62,942 nucleotides of DNA, filler included, from Octopus bimaculoides (GCF_001194135.2; 6 parts of 5 records of this genome joined end to end with filler, not necessarily neighbours in it), one strand, 5' to 3'. Counted from the whole stretch's first letter, positions 27,741 through 42,415 are shown. The notes: generated from the sequence alone by a model not told the origin. Program-made: numbers and translations.

Positions 27741-29140
27741 CACCACCACCACCACCACACCACACGCAGGTATACATAGACACATTCTTATATACACACT
27801 ACGATTAAAATTTTAAATTGCTTGACAAACAACCAGTATTTAGAACTTTACGAGTATTCTTATACGTCAAAAGAGAAAACTGCTAGGACTCGGTATTTTG
27901 GTTCGACCTTTCTTTCACTAGGAGCCAAAGTTAAAAAGATCACAGAGTATACATAGGAAAAGAGATCGGGAAAATTTCTTCATAAATTATAACTAAATTA
28001 TAACATAAATTATAACTATAGAATAAATCATTAACTAAATAATTTATGGATATATTATCCTATCAATTTTTACACACACACACACACGCACGCGCACACA
28101 CGCGCACGCGCGCACGCACGCACGCACGCACACGCACACGCACACACACACACATTTGCAAGAGTGTGTAACTATAAATGAAAACATGTTACTCCATACA
28201 TATTAATCAGTATTTACATATGCTGGACTACCCATGACCCATTGGATCACAGGGAAAGTCTGAATTTCCCAGCAAAGGAGTTTTGTTTCATGGATCCTTT
28301 TTCTTTTCCAGGTTATTTCGCATGCTTTCAACGAATGTGACATCGAAATCACGTGTAAGCGGCTCNNNNNNNNNNNNNNNNNNNNNNNNNNNNNNNNNNN
28401 NNNNNNNNNNNNNNNNNNNNNNNNNNNNNNNNNNNNNNNNNNNNNNNNNNNNNNNNNNNNNNNNNNNNNNNNNNNNNNNNNNNNNNNNNNNNNNNNNNNN
28501 NNNNNNNNNNNNNNNNNNNNNNNNNNNNNNNNNNNNNNNNNNNNNNNNNNNNNNNNNNNNNNNNNNNNNNNNNNNNNNNNNNNNNNNNNNNNNNNNNNNN
28601 NNNNNNNNNNNNNNNNNNNNNNNNNNNNNNNNNNNNNNNNNNNNNNNNNNNNNNNNNNNNNNNNNNNNNNNNNNNNNNNNNNNNNNNNNNNNNNNNNNNN
28701 NNNNNNNNNNNNNNNNNNNNNNNNNNNNNNNNNNNNNNNNNNNNNNNNNNNNNNNNNNNNNNNNNNNNNNNNNNNNNNNNNNNNNNNNNNNNNNNNNNNN
28801 NNNNNNNNNNNNNNNNNNNNNNNNNNNNNNNNNNNNNNNNNNNNNNNNNNNNNNNNNNNNNNNNNNNNNNNNNNNNNNNNNNNNNNNNNNNNNNNNNNNN
28901 NNNNNNNNNNNNNNNNNNNNNNNNNNNNNNNNNNNNNNNNNNNNNNNNNNNNNNNNNNNNNNNNNNNNNNNNNNNNNNNNNNNNNNNNNNNNNNNNNNNN
29001 NNNNNNNNNNNNNNNNNNNNNNNNNNNNNNNNNNNNNNNNNNNNNNNNNNNNNNNNNNNNNNNNNNNNNNNNNNNNNNNNNNNNNNNNNNNNNNNNNNNN
29101 NNNNNNNNNNNNNNNNNNNNNNNNNNNNNNNNNNNNNNNN

Positions 29141-29176
<36 letters not shown>

Positions 29177-29492
29177 TACAAATGTAAATATACACATACA
29201 AACACGTGTGTGTGCCCCCTGCATATGTGTGTGCGCATGTGTGAAGGTATGCACAAACACTTATGATATGCAAATTAGTAGCTCCAGTAGCTATAGGATT
29301 TGTTGAGTATATAAACGAATTAGCAGCTAATTATTACAGAATTAACCAGAATGATGTAAAAACCTCTGATGTTAATCCTGTTTTGTTTTTCAGCATACTG
29401 AGAAATAGAAAATTTGCTCAGTTTATATATTTGCTATATAGTTTACATCCACAAACCACACACACATATATATACGTCCATACATACATACA

Positions 29493-29562
<70 letters not shown>

Positions 29563-29973
29563 NNNNNNNNNNNNNNNNNNNNNNNNNNNNNNNNNNNNNN
29601 NNNNNNNNNNNNNNNNNNNNNNNNNNNNNNNNNNNNNNNNNNNNNNNNNNNNNNNNNNNNNNNNNNNNNNNNNNNNNNNNNNNNNNNNNNNNNNNNNNNN
29701 NNNNNNNNNNNNNNNNNNNNNNNNNNNNNNNNNNNNNNNNNNNNNNNNNNNNNNNNNNNNNNNNNNNNNNNNNNNNNNNNNNNNNNNNNNNNNNNNNNNN
29801 NNNNNNNNNNNNNNNNNNNNNNNNNNNNNNNNNNNNNNNNNNNNNNNNNNNNNNNNNNNNNNNNNNNNNNNNNNNNNNNNNNNNNNNNNNNNNGAAAAAA
29901 GGAGTGACAAGTATATTGAGAAGAAAAAAAAAGCTTTTCAAAAATTCTGGTGACCTCCTTTTTTCCTCCATAC

Positions 29974-30011
<38 letters not shown>

Positions 30012-31303
30012 GCGTAAATCAAAAATGAACAGCAGAAACAACAAAAACTACAAAAAGTCAAAAGGACGCACAAAGGGAATGTTTCAGAGAAAGTTTAAGA
30101 TGGCAAAAAAGAGACCTGTGTGGCGTTTCGAACATGGCTCTTCTTCAGAGAGAGGAAAGAGAAAAAAGTTCGGAGAGAAAGAAAAGAAAGTCATGGAAAT
30201 GATGAAAGAAGGAACAAGGTAGGAGCAAGGTGCATACATGTGTGTGCATGTGTGTGCGTGCGTGTGTGTGTGTGTGCGTGTTTATGTGTATCTGTGTGTA
30301 TTTGTGAATAGCGACAGGAGATGCTTCAAGTTTGGAGCGTCAGACAAAGATACCTTGTGGTTGTTTTATTTTGATCTGCTTCAAGCACATTCCTTTACGC
30401 TCGGTCAAACTCGACTTTCATCCCTCTGAAGGTCAGTGTTAGGAAATACAAGACAAACTACGGCGGATTTCAAATAACCGACTAAAACTCTTGAACAATG
30501 GACCCTGACACGAGTGCAGTGCAATCTATGAATGAAGCTAGCAATAAAGAAAGAAAGAAAGAACTTGACTGAATATGTTCAAGAAATGTGATAAAATATC
30601 TGAAGTAGAAGACATATTGCTTGAGAACGAAGAATTAATATATACATCAAAGCTAAATTTTTATTCTAGGTTCAACGATGCTCTTCTCAAATTAAATAAC
30701 TTAAAAGATTTGAAAAATATTTTCAATTTTTTTTTTATTTGTGTGTATGTGCGTGTGTGTGCGTGTGTGTCTGTGTGTGGCGTGTGTGTGTTATTATTTG
30801 TGTGTCTGTGTGTGTCTGTGTGGTGTGAGTATGTGTGTGTGTCTAGTATATGTGTGTGTGTGCAATATTGTGTAGACAATGAAAGCGATTGTTCCGTTTC
30901 GAAAGCCTATCAAATTATTGATTAAAGTCTTTTTAGAAACATGTATACATATAGATTATTTATTACAATTAAGACGCAAGACTGTTTTGGGTTAATGGCG
31001 GTAAAATAGCAGGGTAATGCGGGGTTGTTATTTCATATTGCTGATGTCTTCAAAATACTGCTACTTTGATTGAAAGACAGGCAACAAAAATGTTTATGCA
31101 ACAAACAAATGCGATGTCTTCAAATATCTAGAAAGTGGAGCTCAGTTAATAATTAAGTACGTAAACATTGATTAAACATTGTTAGTTAATAGAGAGAAGA
31201 CGAGAAATGATCAAAATACGTTGAGAGGAAAGAAGATAACAAAATGTGTTATGCACAAAACTAAGCTTGTAAAACAAAGCTAAATGTTTCTGTAAGCGTA
31301 TCT

Positions 31304-32243
31304 AATATTGATTTCAAATTTTGGCACAAGGCCAGCAATTTTGAAGAATAGGTAAGTCAATTAAATCAACCCCGGTACTCAGCTAGTATTTATTATGTCG
31401 ACCTCGAAAGGATGAAAGAAAGTCAACATCGGCAGATTTTGAACTCTGTACGTAAAGACGCACGAAATGCCGCTGAGCATTTTGCCCAACATGCTAATGA
31501 TTCTGCCAGCTCACCACTTGAAGTGTATCTAATATTCTTTTCTGCTCCAGGCACAAGGCTCGAAATTTCTGGGGAGATGGCCAGCCGATTAGATCAATTT
31601 CAGTACGCAACTGGTACCTAATTTATCGACGCCTAAAGGATGAAAGACAAAGTCGACCTCGGCGGAATTTGAACTNNNNNNNNNNNNNNNNNNNNNNNNN
31701 NNNNNNNNNNNNNNNNNNNNNNNNNNNNNNNNNNNNNNNNNNNNNNNNNNNNNNNNNNNNNNNNNNNNNNNNNNNNNNNNNNNNNNNNNNNNNNNNNNNN
31801 NNNNNNNNNNNNNNNNNNNNNNNNNNNNNNNNNNNNNNNNNNNNNNNNNNNNNNNNNNNNNNNNNNNNNNNNNNNNNNNNNNNNNNNNNNNNNNNNNNNN
31901 NNNNNNNNNNNNNNNNNNNNNNNNNNNNNGTCGACTTCGGCGGAATTTGAACTCAGAACGTAAAGACGGACGAAATACCGCTAAGCGTTTCGCCCGGCGT
32001 CCTAACGTTTCTTATTTCTTTACTGCCCAGAAGGGGCTACACACAGAGGAGACAAACAAGGACAGACAAAGGGATTAAGTCGATTACATCGAACACAGTG
32101 CGTAACTGGTACTTAATTTATCGACCCCGAAAGGATGAAGGGCAAAGTCGACCTCGGCAGAATTTGAACTCAGAACGTAACGGCAGACGAAATACTGCTA
32201 AGCATTTCGCTCAGTGTGCTAACGTTTCTGCCAGCTCACCGTC
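31304..32243 (-). mobile_element. Head-to-tail SINE cluster 1: tail-C copy (31304-31517) plus a composite A-tail/B-tail block (31537-32243, interrupted by gap)
   Basis: At least three core copies of GGATGAA.G.CAAAGTCGACCTCGGC.GAATTTGAACTC; bounded and separated by copies of GTATCTAATATT. Confidence 0.9.
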
Positions 32244-32379
32244 TGAAGTGTATCTAATATTGTTACGTAATAAAATATATGTGTGTGTGCGTGTGTGTAA
32301 ACACACGTACATATATACATACATTCATACGCATGTACATATCTCTCTCCATCTGTTTTCTTCCCTCAATTTTGTTTTT

Positions 32380-32500
32380 CTATAGAAGAGCGTTGGCTCG
32401 AAACGTTGATGACTCTTTCCATTGTCCCTGAGCGTTTAATTACTACCCCATATTTGTTATTCTTTCACTTGTCTGTGTTTCTTTTTGTATATCTCTAGAC
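32380..32500 (+). repeat. Dispersed repeat of unknown class (second copy ~51020-51125), possibly Penelope-like terminal sequence
   Basis: Both copies share AGAGC.T.GGCTCGAAACG and TCCATT...CCTGAGCGT. The class assignment is inference only. Confidence 0.5.
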
Positions 32501-32596
32501 TATATTTGTGCGTGTGTGTGTGTGTGTGCGTATGCACACGTGTGTGAACACCTCTGTATGTCTATGTGTGTGTGTGTGTGTGTATGCGTAAGCTTC

Positions 32597-32681
<85 letters not shown>

Positions 32682-33241
32682 GAGATTAAATATGTACCAT
32701 AGAACCAGTGATGGATTTTAGTTATACATAATAATATAAATATATATTGATACATAAATATAATTTACTGTAATGTCAAATTGAGAGTTAAACAGTAACG
32801 TGGGGGAGATAACAGATTAGAAGGAAAAGTATAAATTATCTTTTAATCGGCCGGCAAATTAATTAAATGGGAGTTTGTGGGAAAAACTATTCCTTGAAAG
32901 CTAATGGTAATTAAGGAAGGAGGAAAATTGAAATAATTTATTTGTACTTAAAAATATGGACACAAATAATCAATAGCCCATACAGAAAAATTTTATTTGG
33001 AATATCTAATGTGTATGTGAAGCAAATAATCGTCATAAACTTCTCTAATTATTATGTTTCCCTACTTTGCTGTGGATTCCAAGAAAATATCAAATATACC
33101 GACACTATTAATAAACTATAAACACTGAATGACAAAATAAATATCTTGCACAAAAGCTTTGTTGCGCTTTAAGAACTATCAACCATAATGCGAATAGTGT
33201 AAAATATTGTATCATGCTACACCATACCGCATTTCACATGA

Positions 33242-33616
33242 AATATTGGTTTCAAATTTTGGCACAAAGCCAGCAGCTTGTGTAAAGGTGCTAAGTCGAT
33301 TACATCGACCCAGGACTTGACTGGTATTACGTTTATCGACCCCGAAAGGATGAAAGATAAAGTTGACCTCTCCAGAATTTGAACTCAGAACGAAACAACG
33401 CACGAAATGCTTATAAGCATTTTGCCCGATATACTTACAATTCTGCCAGCCCGCCGCCTAAATTTCACCCAAAATATTCTTTTCTGCTCTAGGCACAAGG
33501 CCCAAAATTTTGGGGGGAAGGGGGCCAGTCGATTAGGCCGACCCCTTTACGCAACTGGTACTTAATTTATTGGTACCGAAAGGATGAAAGGCAAAGTCGA
33601 ACTCGGCGGAATTTGA
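33242..33616 (-). mobile_element. SINE cluster 2: tail-C copy (33242-33459) plus 5'-truncated tail-A copy (33479-33616)
   Basis: Two cores, with three copies of ATTTCAC...AAATATT at the boundaries. Confidence 0.9.
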
Positions 33617-34829
33617 ATTTCACGCAAAATATTGTCACTTCTTCCAATTACTACAAAGTGAATGTTCCTCCATACATTACCAACACAAGTTTCTCTTACA
33701 GTATTAACCCTAACAATTGTCGTTTAAGCTGAAAATATCAGTTAAATGAAGAATTATCTTGGATATACATTTTCCTCACTTAGAACCCATTTACTTTTTA
33801 TCAACATACAAGCTCAGTAGCCAAAATACATGCAACAACGCTCAATTTTTCAAGCTTGCATAAGATTGAAAGTCACAAATATCCTGCACAGCTTCAAATG
33901 GAAATGTTTTACATGAGCAAATTGTACAATACTAATAATAACCCTTGCGAGCCATGAAATAATTTTTGCCGAATCAGTAATTCCAAAAGTATAACAACTT
34001 TCCGACTAAAACAGAAAAACCTTTCTGGCATCGTCTACCTTCTGTTCGCAATTACTAAATCAAGTATTTTTTATTTTTTAAATACGCATTCAAGAATACC
34101 ACGCCTTTGAAAATAAGCAGAATTTTGGGTTTTTACTTTTGTTAGAATATTACTTTCAAAACTTATAATGCAAAACTTTGCCGTTTATCTTAATTGTAGT
34201 CTACCACTATAACCCCATAAACAGTTATTTTCATCATTGTTAAATTATGAACAGACAAGCATTTTATGATTTATACTTGTCTGCATTTAATTGTATATGA
34301 GTTTTGTTTAAATATGAGCGTGTGTATGTATCCGAGAGAATGTACATTTCTGTTTAAATATGAGTTCGTTTGTATAATAGATAGATAGATAGATAGATAG
34401 ATATGTGAGTAGGTGCTTGTATATCGATATAGGTGTAGATTAAATAATTTTAGATGAAATAATTTTAAATTTTGGTACACACCTTGTAGTATGTCGTTTC
34501 AAGCCCGTTCGCTGTATTCGGCTATCTGATATCAACAGTATCGATTTAAGTGCCGCCTCTGGATTAAAGTAATTCCAGTAAAATATAAATCCATAAAGGT
34601 TTGTTATACGTAGATGTCTATGTTGTGTGTGTATAACTAACTATGATATGAGGTTTGTGCCTGATGAATTATGTCTGAGGTATTTCTCAGCAAACGAAAC
34701 TATTAGTAGCACAGAGAAACAGGTACTGTGTATATTAAATAACAATTAGCTCTCACCAGATGGAGTATTTTTTTTGTTGATCTTACAGCCACGGACCAGT
34801 GCATTATATATATATGTTAATATATATAT

Positions 34830-34873
<44 letters not shown>

Positions 34874-35390
34874 NNNNNNNNNNNNNNNNNNNNNNNNNNN
34901 NNNNNNNNNNNNNNNNNNNNNNNNNNNNNNNNNNNNNNNNNNNNNNNNNNNNNNNNNNNNNNNNNNNNNNNNNNNNNNNNNNNNNNNNNNNNNNNNNNNN
35001 NNNNNNNNNNNNNNNNNNNNNNNNNNNNNNNNNNNNNNNNNNNNNNNNNNNNNNNNNNNNNNNNNNNNNNNNNNNNNNNNNNNNNNNNNNNNNNNNNNNN
35101 NNNNNNNNNNNNNNNNNNNNNNNNNNNNNNNNNNNNNNNNNNNNNNNNNNNNNNNNNNNNNNNNNNNNNNNNNNNNNNNNNNNNNNNNNNNNNNNNNNNN
35201 NNNNNNNNNNNNNNNNNNNNNNNNNNNNNNNNNNNNNNNNNNNNNNNNNNNNNNNNNNNNNNNNNNNNNNNNNNNNNNNNNNNNNNNNNNNNNNNNNNNN
35301 NNNNNNNNNNNNNNNNNNNNNNNNNNNNNNNNNNNNNNNNNNNNNNNNNNNNNNNNNNNNNNNNNNNNNNNNNNNNNNNNNNNNNNNNNN

Positions 35391-35700
35391 NATCCTTTCG
35401 GGGTCGATAAATTAAGTACCAGTTACGCACTGGGGTCGATGTAATCGACTTAATCCCTTTGTCTGTCCTTGTTTGTCCCCTCTATGTTTAGCCCCTTGTG
35501 GGCAATAACGAAATAGGTATTTCGTCTGCCGCTACGTTCTGAGTTCAAATTCCGCCGAGGTCGACTTTGCCTTTCATCCTTTCGGGGTCGATTAAATGAG
35601 TACCAGTTACGCACTGGGGTCGATATAATCGACTTAATCCGTTTGTCTGTCCTTGTTTGTCCCCTCTGTGTGTAGCCCCTTGTGGGTAGTAAAGAAATAA
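35391..35700 (+). mobile_element. Tandem pair of tail-B SINE units
   Basis: Two copies of ATCGACTTAATCC.TTTGTCTGTCCTTGTTTGTCCCCTCT.TGT.TAGCCCCTTGTGGG. Confidence 0.9.
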
Positions 35701-35878
35701 TACATATACCACACATTAAAATATACATGTTATAGTTAATATAACTGTTCATGTGGTTCTACAATACAAGTCTCCTATATGGCATGTCTTCTCTTTCATT
35801 TCCTGTATTATTTCCGACCTTTTTCTTGTCTAAATTTTTTTACATTAATCCGTCTCGTGGCCTTATTCTCTACAGTAT

Positions 35879-36758
35879 TAATACTGGTGTCATACTTTGG
35901 TACAAGACTAACAAGTTTGGAGTAGGAGGCTAGCCCATTACATCCACCCCAGAGCTCAACTGATACTTATTTTATCCACCCCGAAAGAGCTGAAAAGTAA
36001 AATCGACCTCGGCGAAATTTCAACTCAGAATGCAATGACGGATGAAACGCCGCTAAGCATTTTGACTGGCATGCTAACAATTTTGCCAATTCACCGCTTT
36101 ACTCTCTACTATATCAACATTCATTTTTTTACTATAGGCACAAGGCCTCAAATTTTGGGGGAAGGGGTAAATTTCATCGACCCCAGTGCTCAACTGGTAC
36201 TATATTTTTTCGACCTTTGAAAGAAAGAAAGGCAAAGTCGACCTCGGTGGAATTTGAACTCAGAACGTAAAGACAAATGAAATACCGCTAAGCATTCTGC
36301 CCGGCGTGCTAATGATTCTTTTCTTTCTACTTTTCTACTCTAGGCTCAAAGCCCGAAATTTTTGGGGAGGGAGCCAGTTAATTAGATTGACCTCAGTACG
36401 TAACTGGTACTTAATTTATCAACCCCGAAAAGGATCAAAGGCAAAGTCGACCTCGGCGGAGTTTGAACTCAGAACGTAAAGACAGATGAAATACCGTTAA
36501 GCATTTCACCCGGCGTCCTAACATTTCTTATTTCTTTATTGCCCACTAGAGGATAAACATAGAGGGGACAAACAAGGACAGACAAAGGGATCAAGTCGAT
36601 TATATTGACCCCAGTGCGTAACTGGTACTAATTTGATCGACCCCGAAAAGATGAAAGGCATAGTCGACCTCGGCGGAGTTTGAACTCATAACGTAAAGAC
36701 AGACGAAATGCCGTTAAGCATTTCGCCCGGCGTCCTAACGTCTCTGCCAGCTCGCCGC
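35879..36758 (-). mobile_element. SINE cluster 3: old diverged copy (35879-36097) plus a three-unit chain (36120-36758)
   Basis: Four cores in the same orientation, including a B-tail to truncated-head junction at ~36525; target-site copies at 35863, 36098 and 36759. Confidence 0.9.
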
Positions 36759-37339
36759 TTTGCTCTCTACTATATTAGTATCAAGATCTTTACTATACTT
36801 TGTGGCTCTTTTTGTGTTAACGAACAAATGCATTTTGATGTATATACCTATATATGCGCGTGTGCTTGCGTGCGTTTGTTCACACGCATTCATTCATCCA
36901 TCCATCCCACCATCTATACATTCATGCTTACACACATTAATTCATACATACATATATACATACATACATTCATGTGTACATACATGTATACGTACGTACA
37001 TACATACATACACACGTACATGCAATAATACACACCACTATTAAAGAAAAGAGCGAGGAATGTAGCACAAATATATCTAAGTTAAGTCATGCCTTCGCTA
37101 GCGACACTCCTGGACGTTGATGTAAGAAGCTGTGAAATATTAGATCAAAAGACATTTGACCACTGAGGCCTATTGATTTAACCAGCTGCGTGACATGAGA
37201 TCTCACAAGCCCCATATAACAGTATAGCTCCAAGCCGTTGATGTAATTGTATATAGGATGTAGCTGCCAATAATGTTGTTATTATTACCACAGTGCACCA
37301 AGCTATCGTTAGAAATATTATTCTGTAGAAAGAAAATAT

Positions 37340-39140
<1,801 letters not shown>

Positions 39141-39398
39141 TTGATAAGAAAAGCAAATCTATAAAGTCAAAACTGAGGAATATTGAAACTTGCACTAATA
39201 AAGCTGCGCGATTTACACGGTTTAAACAAACAAAAATGGAAAGAAATTAAAAAAAAACTGCCCAAACGTGTAAATGCATACATTGCTGTGAGTGAACGCG
39301 TATGTTAAGGTATGCCTGTGTGCGTGTTGGTGTATATGTATATACATATATATGTATTTATCTATAAATGCATGCATGTATATATGTATGTATATATG

Positions 39399-39491
<93 letters not shown>

Positions 39492-39738
39492 GCATACATG
39501 TATAAATATATATATATATATATACATACATGTATGTATATATATGTATGTATATATGTGTATGTATATATATATGTATGCATATATACATATATATATA
39601 TGTTCTGTCCTTCAGCAAGACATTTTATTTCACGTTACTCTATTCCATTCAGCAAGAACAAAATAGTGAACTATGCACGTAATTCGAAGGGGCCAGCCTT
39701 GTAATATTCTGTGTCACGCTGAATCTCCCTGAGATACA

Positions 39739-39779
<41 letters not shown>

Positions 39780-39849
39780 ATATGTATACTTTATAAACGC
39801 GTGGATTTCGATTATGAAACAGCCGTAAGCAAATAGAAGAAGCATCTAT

Positions 39850-40010
39850 ACAGGACAGGCTTATTTCAGTTTCTATCAACCGAATCTACTCACAAAGCTT
39901 TGGTCTTAACGGGGCTATCGCAAAAGATACTAGCCCACTGTGCCACACTGTGGGACTGAACCCAGAACCATGTGGTCGGGAAGCAAACTTCTTACCACAT
40001 AGCCACGACT
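39850..40010 (-). mobile_element. Family D SINE, 5' module
   Basis: TTTCAGTTTCTATCAACCGAATCTACTCACAAAGCTTTGGTC..GGGACTGAACCCAGAACCATGTGGT.GGGAAGCAAACTTCTTACCACATAGCCAC. Confidence 0.85.
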
Positions 40011-40444
40011 GTACGTTTTTTAGCAACATTGTGTGAATGAGGGTTTGTGTATTTATATGTTTGTAGACATGAATGTGCCTTCGTTTACGCAGCCGTGTAA
40101 TGGTGTTTGTGTACTTGTATATTTGTATATATCACAGTACGTTTGTTTCTATGTGTATGCATCTATGTATATGTACACATACACACACACAAATGGTGTT
40201 TTTACACCTTTTATTATCAGAGAGAATTTTCTCACCACGGTCTCTCCAGTGAATTTGCCTTTAGAAGTTAAAACTTGTCACAAACACATTTCAACTAAAC
40301 TAAACTTCATACACACACACACACACACATACAAGCGTTTGTATATCGAAATGCGTGTGAATGGTTGTGCGTAGATTTTCATGAGTACGTTTGTATATTT
40401 ATGCGTACGTATCCTTGTGTGTACATGTATGTGTTCATGTATAT

Positions 40445-40481
<37 letters not shown>

Positions 40482-40994
40482 NNNNNNNNNNNNNNNNNNN
40501 NNNNNNNNNNNNNNNNNNNNNNNNNNNNNNNNNNNNNNNNNNNNNNNNNNNNNNNNNNNNNNNNNNNNNNNNNNNNNNNNNNNNNNNNNNNNNNNNNNNN
40601 NNNNNNNNNNNNNNNNNNNNNNNNNNNNNNNNNNNNNNNNNNNNNNNNNNNNNNNNNNNNNNNNNNNNNNNNNNNNNNNNNNNNNNNNNNNNNNNNNNNN
40701 NNNNNNNNNNNNNNNNNNNNNNNNNNNNNNNNNNNNNNNNNNNNNNNNNNNNNNNNNNNNNNNNNNNNNNNNNNNNNNNNNNNNNNNNNNNNNNNNNNNN
40801 NNNNNNNNNNNNNNNNNNNNNNNNNNNNNNNNNNNNNNNNNNNNNNNNNNNNNNNNNNNNNNNNNNNNNNNNNNNNNNNNNNNNNNNNNNNNNNNNNNNN
40901 NNNNNNNNNNNNNNNNNNNNNNNNNNNNNNNNNNNNNNNNNNNNNNNNNNNNNNNNNNNNNNNNNNNNNNNNNNNNNNNNNNNNNNNNNNNNNN

Positions 40995-41026
<32 letters not shown>

Positions 41027-41143
41027 TTACATATATATATATGCATATATATATGTATATGTGCATACACAAATCATACACATACAAATATATACTAATA
41101 CTTAAAGTACCTCACATGCACAAACACAAACGCACACACATAA

Positions 41144-41184
<41 letters not shown>

Positions 41185-41829
41185 TGTATTCTTAGATACA
41201 TTGAAATAATAATTGGCACTGTAGAAAGCTAAGAGGAAAATAATTATATGATTCATACATACCTATATTATATAATACATGCACACACATATTTATATAT
41301 ACATACATACATGCATATATACATATATACACATATATATGCACATATAAGTATATATATATTCATATATATATGTGTATATATATTTATGTATATATAT
41401 ATACATATATGTATTTATTGTACTTATATATATGGTATGTNNNNNNNNNNNNNNNNNNNNNNNNNNNNNNNNNNNNNNNNNNNNNNNNNNNNNNNNNNNN
41501 NNNNNNNNNNNNNNNNNNNNNNNNNNNNNNNNNNNNNNNNNNNNNNNNNNNNNNNNNNNNNNNNNNNNNNNNNNNNNNNNNNNNNNNNNNNNNNNNNNNN
41601 NNNNNNNNNNNNNNNNNNNNNNNNNNNNNNNNNNNNNNNNNNNNNNNNNNNNNNNNNNNNNNNNNNNNNNNNNNNNNNNNNTGTGTGTGTGTGTGTCTGT
41701 GTGTATGTGTGTTGTATTTATAAATATGTGTGTGTGTGTGTGTTTGTTTGTTTCTGAGTGTGGAGTATTTTAGTTTCCAGATGTAGGAAATAAATTATAG
41801 AGTTTCATGAAAATTTGAGGTATTTCGTG

Positions 41830-41892
41830 ATGATGGTGAACAGCCGCAGAAGTAGCAGCAGCGGCAGCAGTAGCAGCAGTGGCAGTGCATCG

Positions 41893-41945
<53 letters not shown>

Positions 41946-42415
41946 TAGTAGTAGTAGTAGTTAGAGGAGGGGTAAGAGGAGTAGAAAAAGAAGGATGGCG
42001 ACCACCACGACTGGAGCTATAGCGAACAGAAAGATGAGAATAATGATGATGACTATAATGATGAGGATGATGATGGTGGTGCTGGTGGTTGTGATGATGA
42101 TGATGAGGATTATGAACAGGAAGAGGATGACGACGACGATGATGATGATGATGGTGATGATGTTGATGAAGATGAAGATGATGACGATGATAACGATGAG
42201 GACGATGATGATGACAATGATGATGATGACGATGATGATGATGACAATGATGATGACGACGAAGATGATGAGGAGGAGGAAGAGGAGGAAGATGATGAAG
42301 ACGTTGACGATGACGATGATGATGATCATGATGAAGATGGTGACGATAATGATGATGATGACGATGTTGGTGATGACGATAACGACGACTACGACGATGA
42401 TGATGATTATATTGC
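41830..42415. repeat. Compound trinucleotide microsatellite (GCA/TAG/GAT/GAG)
   Basis: Directly visible; source of the His- and Met-rich ORFs at 41770-42531. Confidence 0.95.

Noticed and set aside
30575-30725. Protein-like ORF start MFKKCDKISEVEDILLENEE...
   Set aside because: Short, runs into a GT microsatellite, and has no recognisable family.
32383-32410. Hammerhead-like GAAGAGC..GCTCGAAAC (also ~51030-51050)
   Set aside because: Lacks the CUGA core in both copies; kept only as a dispersed repeat.
31304-36775. CRISPR-like or satellite array suggested by the repeat-spacer alternation
   Set aside because: Units are 200-250-bp SINEs of differing subfamily and age, and the short repeats are site-specific TSDs in a eukaryotic context.
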